Shown: positions 37,439 through 47,396 of the stretch, one piece after another
Layout: every line of letters begins with the position of its first letter
How positions within the stretch are numbered: the stretch's first letter is position 1
Source: Geothrix sp.
Lineage (GTDB): Bacteria; Acidobacteriota; Holophagae; Holophagales; Holophagaceae
Reading direction: 5' to 3'
Assembly (NCBI GenBank): GCA_030824075.1
Contig: JAVBYJ010000024.1
Span: forward strand, 8,685-72,684
DNA: 64,000 nucleotides
Position numbers and translations under genes: made by a program
Notes under the pieces: generated by a model
Databases searched by the model: none
Told to the model about the DNA's origin: nothing
Seen by the model: the letters and a program-made list of their open reading frames with translations, nothing else

Positions 37439-40400
37439 TCAAGGCAGGGCACCACCCTCCAGCTTTGGCCGGCCCACCCAGGCATAGAAGCTGGGCAAGG
37501 CCAGGAGGGTGAAGAGGGTGCTGGTCACGAGGCCGCCCACCATGGCGATGGCCAAGGGGCGCTCCAATTCTGAGCCGCCGAAGCCAAAGAGCATGGGCAT
37601 GAGGCCGAGAATGGCGGCTCCCGCGGTCATGAGCTTGGGGCGCACGCGGCCCAGGCTGGCTTCCCGCAGGGCCTCCTCAAAGGGCACGCCCTTCGCCATC
37701 AGGTCCTTGGCCTGGGTGATGAGCACGAGGCTGTTCTGCACGGCCACGCCGAAGAGCCCGATCATCCCGACGATGGAGCTGATGTTCCAGGTCTCCCCCG
37801 CCAACCACAGGGCGAAGAGCGCTCCGGCAAAGGCATCCGGCAGCGTGGCGGCGACCACGAAGACTTCCCGCCATCGCTTGAGGGCGAGGTAGAGCAGCCC
37901 CACCACCAGCGACAAGGCTGCCGCGATGGCGACCCCAAGCCGTCGCTGGGTCTCGCGAGCCTCCTCGATCTTTCCACCCAATTGGATGGAAGTGCCCGGG
38001 GGGAGCGTCACGCCCTCCAAGGCCCTTTCGATTCTCTTGGCGGTTCCCCCGAGATCGCCCGTGGTGCGGATGTTGAGACCGATGCGGCGCTGGGCGGACT
38101 CTCGACGGACCAGCGTCGGTGTCGAAGCCTCCGCAAACCGGACCACCTGCCCCAGACTCAAGGCCCGGCCATCCTCCAGAATCAACGGCGTGTCCTTTAG
38201 GGTCTCAGGGCTGATCCGGCCATCGTTGGGAAAACGGACGATGCGTTCGATGCGCTGGGGACCTTCAAAATGAACCTCGGATTCCAGGCCCTGGAGCGCG
38301 GCCTGAAGGGTCTTGGCAACCAGGGTGCGTGGCACACCCAGACGGCGAAGGGCCTCCTCATCCAGGACCGCTCGCCAACGGGGCATGGGATCGGGCGTAT
38401 CCGAGGTGACACTGCGGACTCCTTCCAGCTTTGAAAGCTGCTCTCGAAGCTCGGGGAGCGCGCCTCGGACAGCCTCCAGATCCCGGTTGAAAAGCTTGAC
38501 CTGGATATCGGCGGGCGTGCCGCCGATGCCTTCAGCGATGCGCTCCTGCATGGGGGTGTTCACTTCCACGGGGAAGGGCATGACCTCGGCCACTTCCAAA
38601 ACCGCCTTCCCGACGGCACGTTCATCCGCGTCGGGCTGGAGGATCACCATGATCTCGCTGTCCGTGATGGGACAGGGATCCTCCGTCACCTCGGCACGTC
38701 CGCTGCGGCGGTAAACGGATTGCACGCCGCGGATCGCCTTCAAGCGGGCATCCAGGTGCACATTGGCCTGATCCACCGCTTCCAGGCTGCTCTCCGCAGG
38801 CACCTTGGAGAGGAGCATGAAGGCGCGTTCATCCAGCGTAGGCAGGAAGTTGGTTCCGAGGCGGAAGGCCAGCCAGAGGCTTGGAACCGTGAGCCCCAGG
38901 GCGAGCACGCGGACCAGCGGGCCGTGGTGCATGGCCCAGTCCAGTCCCGGTTTGTAAAACCGCTTGATGGCGGTGACGAGCCGGGGTTCATCCAGGGAAG
39001 TGCCGGGGGGAAGAAAGCGCTCCACCAGAGCGGGTACGAGGGTGAAGGTGAGCACGAGGCTGATGGTCATGGCCGAGGCCACGGCCATGGCCAGAGGTGC
39101 ATAGAGCTTGCCCGCGATGCCTCCCATGGACAGCAGGGGGATGAAGACCGCCAGGATGACCAGCACGGCGATCAGGATGGGTGTGGCCACCTCGGCAGCG
39201 GCCCGGGTGAGAGCCACACGGCGGGGTTCGATGTGGTCTTGATGCTCGTGCAGGCGATGCGCGAGGTTCTCCACCATGATCACGGCAGCATCCACCAGCA
39301 AACCCACGGATATGGCCAGCCCGCCCAGGGTCATGGCGTTGATGCCAAGCCCTGCGAAGTGCAGCGGAATCGCCGCACCAAAGGTCGCCAAGGGCAGCAC
39401 AACCAACACCAGCAGAGCCCCCCGGAGGTTCCCGAGCAGGAGGATGAGGACGACTGCCACGAAGATCCCACCCACCAACAAGGCCAAGGTCACGCCATTC
39501 AGAGCGTGGGTGACCAGGCGGCCCTGGTCGTAGATCACCTCCAAGCGCATGCCCTCGGGAAGCCCCTTCTTGAGTTCGGTCACGGCCTTGCGAACACCTT
39601 CGGCCACATCCAGGGTGGCGGCCGTGGGCTGTTTCACGATGCGCAGGCTGACGTCCTCGTGTCCGTCATGCCGGGCTACGCCACGCCGGAAAGCGGGAGC
39701 CTCTCGGATCTCGGCGATGTCGCCCAGCGTGACGATCCCCTTGGCGGCCTGCACCGGAAGCTGGCGGACCTCATCCGGGGTCGCCGCCAGATTGCCCACG
39801 GACATGTACCAACCCTTGTCCTGGATCTCCAGCACGCCCGCAGCCAGGTCCTGGTGGCTCTGTTCCAGGGCGGCCATCACCCGGTCCAGGCTGACGCCAT
39901 GGCTGCGCACCTTTTCGGGAATCAGCGTGATCTGAAGGGAGCGTTCCTGGCCGCCCAGTCTTTCCACACGGGCCACGCCGGGTACCGCCTGGAGTTGCGG
40001 TGCCAGTACCTGCTCCGTGTGATCCCGCAGGCGCATGGGGTCGACCTTTTCGCCTTCCAGGACGATTTCCATCAGTTCGTGAAGACGCCCGGAGGCACTG
40101 CTCATGAGGGGTGGGCGGGTGCCGGAAGGGAAGCTGCCGATCACTCCGGAAAGCCGCTCGGCCACGAGTTGCCGAGCCCGCCAGGGGTCGGTGTCCCCCT
40201 CGAAGGTCACCACCACCTGGACCAGTTCGGGCAACACCACCGTGTTCACCCGCTTGACGCCGGGCATGCCACCCAGAGCCTGCTCCGTGGGCTGGGCCAC
40301 GGAGAGTTCCAGTTCCGGCGTGGCCCGGCCAGGGCTCTGGATGAGCACGGAGAGAATCGGCAGGCCCATATCGGGGAAGAGGTCGCGCTTGAGGCTGAGG

Positions 40401-40597
40401 AAGGTGAATACGCCCGCCAGCCCCCAGGCGATGCTGAGGGCAAAGACCCAGCCCTTGCGGGGAAGCAGCCAATCGAACCAGCGGCGGATCGGCGTCCGGT
40501 GCTGGGGCGTGTAAATCGCATAGGGATCATGGCCCAGGGTTGGATCGAGGGGGACGTCAGACCCGGTTGGAAGGTTGGGATCAATGCCCATGACCAC
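37439..40597 (-). CDS. heavy-metal efflux RND permease (CzcA/CusA family)
   Basis: 1052 aa, 12-TM RND architecture with two large periplasmic loops. Start uncertain because of a ~35-aa N-terminal extension. Confidence 0.9.
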   Translation of the reverse strand: MVMGIDPNLPTGSDVPLDPTLGHDPYAIYTPQHRTPIRRWFDWLLPRKGWVFALSIAWGLAGVFTFLSLKRDLFPDMGLPILSVLIQSPGRATPELELSVAQPTEQALGGMPGVKRVNTVVLPELVQVVVTFEGDTDPWRARQLVAERLSGVIGSFPSGTRPPLMSSASGRLHELMEIVLEGEKVDPMRLRDHTEQVLAPQLQAVPGVARVERLGGQERSLQITLIPEKVRSHGVSLDRVMAALEQSHQDLAAGVLEIQDKGWYMSVGNLAATPDEVRQLPVQAAKGIVTLGDIAEIREAPAFRRGVARHDGHEDVSLRIVKQPTAATLDVAEGVRKAVTELKKGLPEGMRLEVIYDQGRLVTHALNGVTLALLVGGIFVAVVLILLLGNLRGALLVLVVLPLATFGAAIPLHFAGLGINAMTLGGLAISVGLLVDAAVIMVENLAHRLHEHQDHIEPRRVALTRAAAEVATPILIAVLVILAVFIPLLSMGGIAGKLYAPLAMAVASAMTISLVLTFTLVPALVERFLPPGTSLDEPRLVTAIKRFYKPGLDWAMHHGPLVRVLALGLTVPSLWLAFRLGTNFLPTLDERAFMLLSKVPAESSLEAVDQANVHLDARLKAIRGVQSVYRRSGRAEVTEDPCPITDSEIMVILQPDADERAVGKAVLEVAEVMPFPVEVNTPMQERIAEGIGGTPADIQVKLFNRDLEAVRGALPELREQLSKLEGVRSVTSDTPDPMPRWRAVLDEEALRRLGVPRTLVAKTLQAALQGLESEVHFEGPQRIERIVRFPNDGRISPETLKDTPLILEDGRALSLGQVVRFAEASTPTLVRRESAQRRIGLNIRTTGDLGGTAKRIERALEGVTLPPGTSIQLGGKIEEARETQRRLGVAIAAALSLVVGLLYLALKRWREVFVVAATLPDAFAGALFALWLAGETWNISSIVGMIGLFGVAVQNSLVLITQAKDLMAKGVPFEEALREASLGRVRPKLMTAGAAILGLMPMLFGFGGSELERPLAIAMVGGLVTSTLFTLLALPSFYAWVGRPKLEGGALP

Positions 40598-41723
40598 CCT
40601 CCTCGCCTTCCGGCTGAGTGCGCTTCTGCTGGTAAGCCTTCAGGAGGTAGGCACCCTCGGCCACCACGGTCTCGCCGGGCTTCAGTCCCTCCAGCACCAG
40701 CACCTCGTCCTTCACCTCCGTCCCCCGCTTCACCGGCCGGAATCCGGCGGTTTCCTTCTCGACCACAAACACGCCCCAGCGCCCCTCCATCTGTTGGAGG
40801 GCGGCCTGCGGTAGATAGACGCCTTTCTCCATGGGCACCTTCACCTCCACGGAGGTTCCCGGGATCGGCAAAGGCCCTCCCACGAAGCGCAGCCGATAGC
40901 TGAGCCGCCGAGTGTCCGTCGTGAGCGTGAAGGGGATTCCCTCCAGCCGTGCCTTCCACGTTCGGCCGTTGGCCTGGCGGACCTCGCTTTCCACACCGGG
41001 GTTCCATCCCACGGGACCGGGCTGGGCCAGTTCGAGGCGCACCACGGCCGCCTGGGCCGCCTGGAAACCACCCAATTCCTGACCGGCCTCCACGCCCTGA
41101 CCCCGCTGGACCTTCCAGGCCACCACGGACCCGTTGGCGGGAGCCTTCAAAGCGAAGCTGGCTCCGGCGTCGCCGGGCTTGAGGCCCACGGCCTCCAGGC
41201 CCAGGCGAGCGGCTTCCTCCTCAGCTTTGACGGTATCGGCCTCGCTTCGCGCCGAATCCAGGTCGCGCCGGGCCCCGGCTCCGGCCTGGAACAGCCGCTC
41301 TTCGCGCGCCAAGTCAGCCTGAGTTCGATTCAACCTGGCCTTGGCGCCGATCCACTGGGCCTTGAGATGAGCCAATTCAGGACTCTGAATGATCGCAAGG
41401 GTCACGCCCTCTTTGCGGAGTTGCCCCGGGGCCGTCAGGAGCTGGCTCACGATGCCCTTCACCGGGCTGCTTAACAAGGCTTGAGCCGCTTCATCTCCGA
41501 TGGCCTCCCCTGGGACCCAGCGACCTTCCTGGCGAGGCTCCGGTACGTCCATCAAGCGGAGCCCCCGAATGCCCTCCAGGGGAATGCGGGAACCCCCGGG
41601 CTCCCCCTCCTCGTGCCCAGATTCGTGTTTCTCGGATTCGTTTCTTGGGGCTGGTTTTTTTGAACAACCCGTTCCGACCAGCAGGGTCAGAGCCAGCGGG
41701 AGACAGAATGGATGAAGATTCAT
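40581..41723 (-). CDS. efflux RND periplasmic adaptor (membrane fusion protein), lipoprotein
   Basis: Lipobox LLVGTGCS, biotinyl-lipoyl-like and beta-barrel MFP domains, His-rich C-terminus. Overlaps the RND gene. Confidence 0.8.
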   Translation of the reverse strand: MNLHPFCLPLALTLLVGTGCSKKPAPRNESEKHESGHEEGEPGGSRIPLEGIRGLRLMDVPEPRQEGRWVPGEAIGDEAAQALLSSPVKGIVSQLLTAPGQLRKEGVTLAIIQSPELAHLKAQWIGAKARLNRTQADLAREERLFQAGAGARRDLDSARSEADTVKAEEEAARLGLEAVGLKPGDAGASFALKAPANGSVVAWKVQRGQGVEAGQELGGFQAAQAAVVRLELAQPGPVGWNPGVESEVRQANGRTWKARLEGIPFTLTTDTRRLSYRLRFVGGPLPIPGTSVEVKVPMEKGVYLPQAALQQMEGRWGVFVVEKETAGFRPVKRGTEVKDEVLVLEGLKPGETVVAEGAYLLKAYQQKRTQPEGEEGGHGH

Positions 41724-41805
41724 GGGTTCACCTTGAGACCTCGAAAAGACCGGAAGGACCTCCCGGCAGGGCGAAGCCCAGCCGGGTGTTCAGGCGCTCA
41801 TGCCT

Positions 41806-42075
41806 TCAGGCCCGGGGAGGATCCTTTTCCGGCTCGATCTCAAGGTTGACAAGATTCACGACCCGCTCGGCCTCGAAGCGGGGACTTGGCAGGGGATCCG
41901 GCGCCGGAGGCACGGGTGTTTCCGGCACCGGTACCGTGGCGCATCCATCCGCGCAGAAGATGTGGCAGACCGGCGCACAGTCGTCCTCCGGGCCCTGGGT
42001 GCAGTGATCCACCCCGGTGGCACCCAGGTAAACCGAGGCCAGACAGAGGAGGAGGATGGCCACCCAACGCCTCAT
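41806..42075 (-). CDS. small secreted Cys/His-rich protein
   Basis: 89 aa with a signal peptide, then HCTQGPEDDCAPVCHIFCADGC. Operonic between arsR and the adaptor. Confidence 0.4.
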   Translation of the reverse strand: MRRWVAILLLCLASVYLGATGVDHCTQGPEDDCAPVCHIFCADGCATVPVPETPVPPAPDPLPSPRFEAERVVNLVNLEIEPEKDPPRA

Positions 42076-42452
42076 GAGGCGGTCGCCTGGACGTGGTCGC
42101 GGGTCTCTTCGTTAAGGCACAGCCCGTGGTGCATCAGGCGGATGACACACGGATCGACGATGCTGTAGTGGATGTGGGTCCCATGGCGTCGCGTCGTGAG
42201 AATGCCCAGGTCCACCAGGCGTCGAAGCTGGTTGGAGACAGCCTGGGGCTTCATGCCCACGGCCTCGGCCAGGTCACTCATGCAGGGATCGCCCAGGAGC
42301 ACCAGGGCGTGCAGCAAGCGCAGCCGCGTGTCCGACGCCAGCACCTCGAAGACCTGCGCCAGCTCCGAAGCCAAGGCCACGCCCAGCAGCGGACGCTCGG
42401 TGAGGAGTGCCTTGGGAGAGCAGGGGTGGGCTGTGGTCGCGGGTGAGCGCAT
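42072..42452 (-). CDS. ArsR/SmtB-family metal-responsive transcriptional repressor
   Basis: Winged HTH (LASDTRLRLLHALVLLGDPCMSDLAEAVGMKPQAVSNQLRRL) and a C-terminal His/Cys cluster typical of alpha5 sites. Start at the internal Met; upstream of it the ORF is AT-richer non-coding sequence. Confidence 0.75.
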   Translation of the reverse strand: MRSPATTAHPCSPKALLTERPLLGVALASELAQVFEVLASDTRLRLLHALVLLGDPCMSDLAEAVGMKPQAVSNQLRRLVDLGILTTRRHGTHIHYSIVDPCVIRLMHHGLCLNEETRDHVQATAS

Positions 42453-42461
42453 CAAGGGAAT

Positions 42462-42481
42462 ACTACACGAGTCCGTGTAAT
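42462..42481. promoter_or_regulatory. imperfect inverted repeat (TACAC-N6-GTGTA), candidate ArsR/SmtB operator
   Basis: actacacgagtccgtgtaat lies 10-30 bp upstream of the arsR start, in an AT-richer spacer. Confidence 0.3.
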
Positions 42482-42537
42482 CATGACCATTCCAAGAAAC
42501 ACGCTCACCCTTGGATGGATCCAAATTAAGAATAAAC

Positions 42538-45500
42538 TCAACTTGGCTCCCGAAGTTCATCTTCCAGATGGTGCCTAACCTTTGAGCCAAACCTCAAATA
42601 CAGGCTGGGCACGACGAGCATGTTCAGGGCGGTGCTGGACAGCAGGCCGAAGAGGATGACGAAGGCCATGGGGGCCTGGATCTCGCTGCCGGGGGCGTGG
42701 CGGCGGAGGATGATGGGCACCAGGGCCAGACCCGCCGTCAGGGCCGTCATGAGGATGGGGCTGAGGCGCTCCAGGGCGGCCTGCCGGATGGCTTCGATGC
42801 CGTGAAGACCTTCGTCATGCAGGTGGTGGATGTGGGTCACCAGCATGATGCCGTTGCGGGTGGCGATGCCGAAGAGGGTGATGAAGCCGATGAGGGTGGC
42901 GACGCTCAACACGCCGCCGCTGGCCCAGAGGCCAAGCACGCCGCCCATCCAGGCGAGGGGCAGGTTGACCATGACCAGGGTGGCGTCCCGGAAGCTGCGG
43001 AGCGCCAGGAAGAGCAGGCCGAAGACGATGATCACGGCCCCGAACCCCAGCAGGGTGAGGGTCCGGGCGGCCCCCTCGCCGCTCTCGAACTGGCCGCCAT
43101 AGGTGACCTGGTAGCCCTGGGGCAGCTTGACCTTGTCCTTGATGCGGGCCTGGATGTCGGAGACCACACCGAAGAGGTCCCGCCCACCCACGTTGCAGGT
43201 GACCGCCAACTTGCGCTGGTTGTCCTCGCGGGGGATGTAGGCCGGGGCGCGTTCGTAGTCCACCTGGGCGAGCTGGCTGATGGGCACGGGGCCCGTGGGG
43301 GTCGATACCAGCACCGAGCCGATCCGCTCGGCGTCCAGGTTGGCGGTGGGTTCCAGCTTGACCAGCACATCGAAGGCCCGGTTGCCCTCGCGGACCTGGG
43401 CGACGGCTTCCCCCGCGAAGGAGAGCTCCAGGGCGTGGGCGAAGCCCTGGGTGGTGAGCCCGGCGCTGGCCAGAGCCGAGCGGTCCGGCTTGATGGCGAG
43501 CTGGGGCTGGGCGGCCTCGGCCTCCATGGCCAGATCGACCACGCCCCGGACCTGGGCCATCTCGGCTTTCACTTCCTGGGCGATGCGTCGGAGTTCCAGG
43601 CGGTCCGGACCAAAGACCTTTACGGCGATGGCCGCCCGGCTGCCGCTGAGGATGTGGTCCACGCGGTGGCTGATGGGCTGGCCCAGGCTGATGAAGACCC
43701 CGGGGATCTGGGACAGCGACTTGCGGAGCGCGGTGAGTAGCTCTTCCTTGCTGCGGTCCTTCATCCTGAGGCCCACCTCGATCTCGGCCCCGAAGACATC
43801 CTGGCCATGCTCATCCAACTCGGCTCGGCCTGTGCGGCGGGCGGTGGCCACCACCTCGGGGTGCTTGAGCATGATCTCCTCGGCCTGACGGCCCAGGCGG
43901 TCGGAGACCTCCAGGGGTGTGCCGGGAAGGCAGACGAAGGTGACATTCAGACTGCCCTCGTTGAACTCGGGCATGAAGCTCCGTCCGGCGAAGAACAGGC
44001 TGAGGGTGGCCGTCAGGAGCCCCACACCCCCGAGGGAGATGAGCAGCTTCCAGCGGGGCATGGCCCAGGCGAGGATCGGGGTGTAGTGAACCTTGATCCA
44101 GGTGACGAAGCGGGCCTCGTGGGAGTGCTTGCCCTCCAGATCATGGGGGAGGAGCCAGGCGCAGAGGGCCGGGGTGACTGTGAGGGCAACGAGCAGCGAG
44201 GCGCCCAGGGCCACCGTGAAGGCGATCCCCAGGGGCTGGAGCAGCCGACCCTCCACGCCGCCCAGGAAGAAGATCGGCGTGAAGACCACGATGATGATGG
44301 CTGTGGCGTAGACGATGGAGGAGCGGATCTCCATGCTGGCCTTGTAGACCACCTGGAGGAAGGGCTTGCGGTGTTCAACGGCCTTGGCTGCGTTCTCGCG
44401 CAGCCGTCGGAGCACGTTCTCCACATCGACGATGGCGTCATCCACGAGGTCGCCGATGGCCAAGGCCATGCCACCCAACGTCATGGTATTCAGCGTGGCC
44501 CCGAAAGCCTTCAGCACCAGGATCGCCGCCACGAGGCTGAGGGGCACAGCCACAGCGGTGATGAGGGTGGCGCGGGTGTGCATCAAGAACAGCCCCACGA
44601 CCAGGATGACCAGGAGGGTGCCGTCCCGGAGGGCGTCCACGACGTTGCGGATGGCCACCTGGATGAAGTTCGCCTGCCGGAAGATGTGCTTCTCCAGCTT
44701 CATGCCCTTGGGGAGGGTGGTCTGGATCTCGTCCATCACCTGATCCAAGCGCTTGGTCAGTTCCAGGGTGTTGGCGGCGGGCTGCTTCTGGATGGCGAGG
44801 ATGACCGCAGGCTTGCCGTTGTGGCTGCCTTCCCCACGCTTGAGGGCGGGGCCGATCTTCACTTCAGCGAGGTCCTTGACCTTCACGGGCTGGCCATCCC
44901 TCCGGACGATCAGGGCGGACTCTAGATCGGAGACCGCCTGGAGACGCCCGATGCCATGGATCAGATACTCCTGACCCTGGTGCACGAGGAAGCCTGCCGA
45001 GGAACTCTCCCCGGATTTCTTGACGGCCTCGGCCACTTCCTCGGCGGTGAGCCGATAGGCCAGCAGTCGGTCCTGCTTGAGCAGCACCTGATACTGGCGA
45101 ACCTCACCGCCGATGGGGATGACCTGGCTCACGCCGGGCACGGCAACCAGCCGCCGCCGGACTTCCCAGTCAGCCTGCGCGCGAATGTCCATGGGGGAGT
45201 GCTGGTCGCTCTCCAGGGCCACGAACATGATCTCGCCCATGACGGAACTGATGGGTAGCAGCACGGGTGTCGGCGTGCCTGGGGGAAGTCCTCCCACCGC
45301 CGCCTGGAGGCGCTCGGAGACGACCTGCCGGGCTTGGAGGATGGGCACATCCCAGTCGAACTCGACGTGCACGAGGGACAGGCCCACGTGGCTGGTGGAC
45401 CGGACGCGGCGGACTCCTGCCGCACCCTGCATGGCGCTCTCCACCGGCTGGGTGATGAGGCGCTCCACTTCCTGGGGGGCCATGCCGTGGGCCTCGGTGC

Positions 45501-45648
45501 CCACGGTGACCGTGGGGGCGGTGAGGTCGGGCAGCACATCCACGGGCATCCGGCTGGCCGTCCACCCGCCCCAGGCGAGCATCAGAACGGCGACCAGCAG
45601 CACCACATAGCGTTGGTTCAGAGAGGTTCGGATGATCCGATCAAGCAT
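42538..45648 (-). CDS. heavy-metal efflux RND permease (CzcA/CusA family), second copy
   Basis: 1036 aa, RND fold, MLDRIIRTSL start typical of CzcA. Confidence 0.9.
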   Translation of the reverse strand: MLDRIIRTSLNQRYVVLLVAVLMLAWGGWTASRMPVDVLPDLTAPTVTVGTEAHGMAPQEVERLITQPVESAMQGAAGVRRVRSTSHVGLSLVHVEFDWDVPILQARQVVSERLQAAVGGLPPGTPTPVLLPISSVMGEIMFVALESDQHSPMDIRAQADWEVRRRLVAVPGVSQVIPIGGEVRQYQVLLKQDRLLAYRLTAEEVAEAVKKSGESSSAGFLVHQGQEYLIHGIGRLQAVSDLESALIVRRDGQPVKVKDLAEVKIGPALKRGEGSHNGKPAVILAIQKQPAANTLELTKRLDQVMDEIQTTLPKGMKLEKHIFRQANFIQVAIRNVVDALRDGTLLVILVVGLFLMHTRATLITAVAVPLSLVAAILVLKAFGATLNTMTLGGMALAIGDLVDDAIVDVENVLRRLRENAAKAVEHRKPFLQVVYKASMEIRSSIVYATAIIIVVFTPIFFLGGVEGRLLQPLGIAFTVALGASLLVALTVTPALCAWLLPHDLEGKHSHEARFVTWIKVHYTPILAWAMPRWKLLISLGGVGLLTATLSLFFAGRSFMPEFNEGSLNVTFVCLPGTPLEVSDRLGRQAEEIMLKHPEVVATARRTGRAELDEHGQDVFGAEIEVGLRMKDRSKEELLTALRKSLSQIPGVFISLGQPISHRVDHILSGSRAAIAVKVFGPDRLELRRIAQEVKAEMAQVRGVVDLAMEAEAAQPQLAIKPDRSALASAGLTTQGFAHALELSFAGEAVAQVREGNRAFDVLVKLEPTANLDAERIGSVLVSTPTGPVPISQLAQVDYERAPAYIPREDNQRKLAVTCNVGGRDLFGVVSDIQARIKDKVKLPQGYQVTYGGQFESGEGAARTLTLLGFGAVIIVFGLLFLALRSFRDATLVMVNLPLAWMGGVLGLWASGGVLSVATLIGFITLFGIATRNGIMLVTHIHHLHDEGLHGIEAIRQAALERLSPILMTALTAGLALVPIILRRHAPGSEIQAPMAFVILFGLLSSTALNMLVVPSLYLRFGSKVRHHLEDELREPS

Positions 45649-45824
45649 GGGCGTCTCGATGGTTGAAATCGTTCAGGTGACCGAGCGGCGGGCTTGGCCC
45701 GTCCGCGAGGTGGGGTTCCGGGGGGACATCGCGAGCAAGGGTTCCCATGTCCGCGAGCAAGGTGAGCGGGAGGACGCGCAGCGTCCGATCCATGGGACGA
45801 GCAGGCAGTCCCCCCGGAATGGCA

Positions 45825-47396
45825 TCAATGCGCGTGACCATGCTCGGGGACCTTCCCCGAGCTGGCCGCCAGACGGACGAGGTGGGCCCCCAACGTCACA
45901 ACCCGTTCACCGGGCTGGACCCCGCCGAGAATCTGCACCCAGTCCCCATCCCTTGCGCCGATCTGCACGATGCGGCGGAGGAAACGTTCGCCCCCGGCTT
46001 GGACATAGACCACGGAGAGGCCGTCCTCGTCCTGAAGGGCTGAAGCCGGGATGGCGAGGCCCTGGCTGGGGTTACCCACGCGCACGAACACCTTGCCGGT
46101 ATGGCCGACCTTCAGGGCGCCGGTGGGATTGGCGAACTCCACCAGGAAGGGCACCGTCCGGCGCTCGGGGTGGATGGCACCCCCCTGGCCGAGCATCCGG
46201 GCCCCCTGGCTCGGTTCGAGCAGCATGGCCGGCACGCCCGGGGCCTGGAACCACACACTGGCGACCTTGGCCAACCGTCCCGCCTGGGCCTCGGGCACCT
46301 GGACCTCCAGGCGGAGGCGGCGGATATCCACGATGTGGAAGAGTTCCTGGCCTTCACTGACCTGGATGCCGGGCCCTCCATTCGCCGTGCTCACCACGCC
46401 GGACACCGGAGCCGTCAGGGCGATGGCCAAGCCGCCCTTGCCGAGAGTGGCCTCGTCCCTGCGGGCCTGGGCCACCTTGAACTCGGCCTCCGCCATGGCC
46501 GCTTCGCGGGTGGCTTCTTCTACCCGCCGCTTGGGGACCGCGTCCTGCTCCAGCAGGCCCTTCATGCGGGCGAGGTTGGCGGTGGTCTGTTCGTGGCGCA
46601 GCCGGGCCCGCTCGAAGTCAAGCTGCACGGTGCCCTGGGAGAGATCCAAACCAGCCTTGGGCACCAGCCCCGCGAGGCGCTGCCCCTGCTTGACCGTCTG
46701 GCCCACGTTGGGGAAGGTGACGCCGTCGAGACGGCCCGCCACGGGAGCCAGCACTCGGCCCTCACCGCCGGGAACGGCCTGGATCGTCCCGTAGGCTTCA
46801 AAGCCCTGGTAGAGGGGACGGGGCTTGGCCTCGGTGGTCCCGAAGGGCACGTTCCACTGCTGCTCCTTCAGGAAGGGGATGCCGCCCTCGGCCTCGGGCA
46901 CCTGGGCCTTCATGGCGGCGGCCAGATCGGCATATACCATGTGCTTCCCCAGGTCGAAGGTGGCTTGGCCCTTGGGCCCCTTCCACACGATGCGGACCTG
47001 GACTTCCCCCGCAGCCTTGGGCTTGGGCGCCATGCGGAAGATCCCGGGCGTCGCCGAGACCTCCCCCCCGAACCGCTGCTCGCCGCCCGCGCCGGTGAGG
47101 ATCACTTCGGCGCGACCGTCCTTCACAGCCTGAAAGCCCTCCAGATGGGTGAGGTGGGCCCCGAAGTTGGAGGTCTCCCCGGCCACCAGCACGGCGTATT
47201 CGACGAACAGTTCCAGGCCGTCGGCATAGAGGGTCGGGGCCAAGGAGGGCCGCTCAGGAGCTTCGTGTCCGTGAGCTGCGGCGACCTGGGCGTGTTCGTC
47301 GGTCTCTCCCTTTCGGTTGCAGGCCAGGGTGCCGCTGAGGGTGAGCCCCAGGACGAGACCCCAAGCTATGGGACGGCGGGACGTGGCAGAAATCAT
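45825..47396 (-). CDS. efflux RND periplasmic adaptor with N-terminal extension (CusB/CzcB-like)
   Basis: Lipobox LSGTLAC, His-rich N-terminal region, MFP beta-barrel and a C-terminal HGHAH. Confidence 0.8.
   Translation of the reverse strand: MISATSRRPIAWGLVLGLTLSGTLACNRKGETDEHAQVAAAHGHEAPERPSLAPTLYADGLELFVEYAVLVAGETSNFGAHLTHLEGFQAVKDGRAEVILTGAGGEQRFGGEVSATPGIFRMAPKPKAAGEVQVRIVWKGPKGQATFDLGKHMVYADLAAAMKAQVPEAEGGIPFLKEQQWNVPFGTTEAKPRPLYQGFEAYGTIQAVPGGEGRVLAPVAGRLDGVTFPNVGQTVKQGQRLAGLVPKAGLDLSQGTVQLDFERARLRHEQTTANLARMKGLLEQDAVPKRRVEEATREAAMAEAEFKVAQARRDEATLGKGGLAIALTAPVSGVVSTANGGPGIQVSEGQELFHIVDIRRLRLEVQVPEAQAGRLAKVASVWFQAPGVPAMLLEPSQGARMLGQGGAIHPERRTVPFLVEFANPTGALKVGHTGKVFVRVGNPSQGLAIPASALQDEDGLSVVYVQAGGERFLRRIVQIGARDGDWVQILGGVQPGERVVTLGAHLVRLAASSGKVPEHGHAH

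Noticed and set aside
42453-42590. N-terminal 46-aa extension of the ArsR ORF (MAQRLGTIWKMNFGSQVEF...)
   Set aside because: It covers AT-richer promoter-like sequence containing the candidate operator. The ArsR winged helix begins after the internal Met, so the extension is treated as non-coding.
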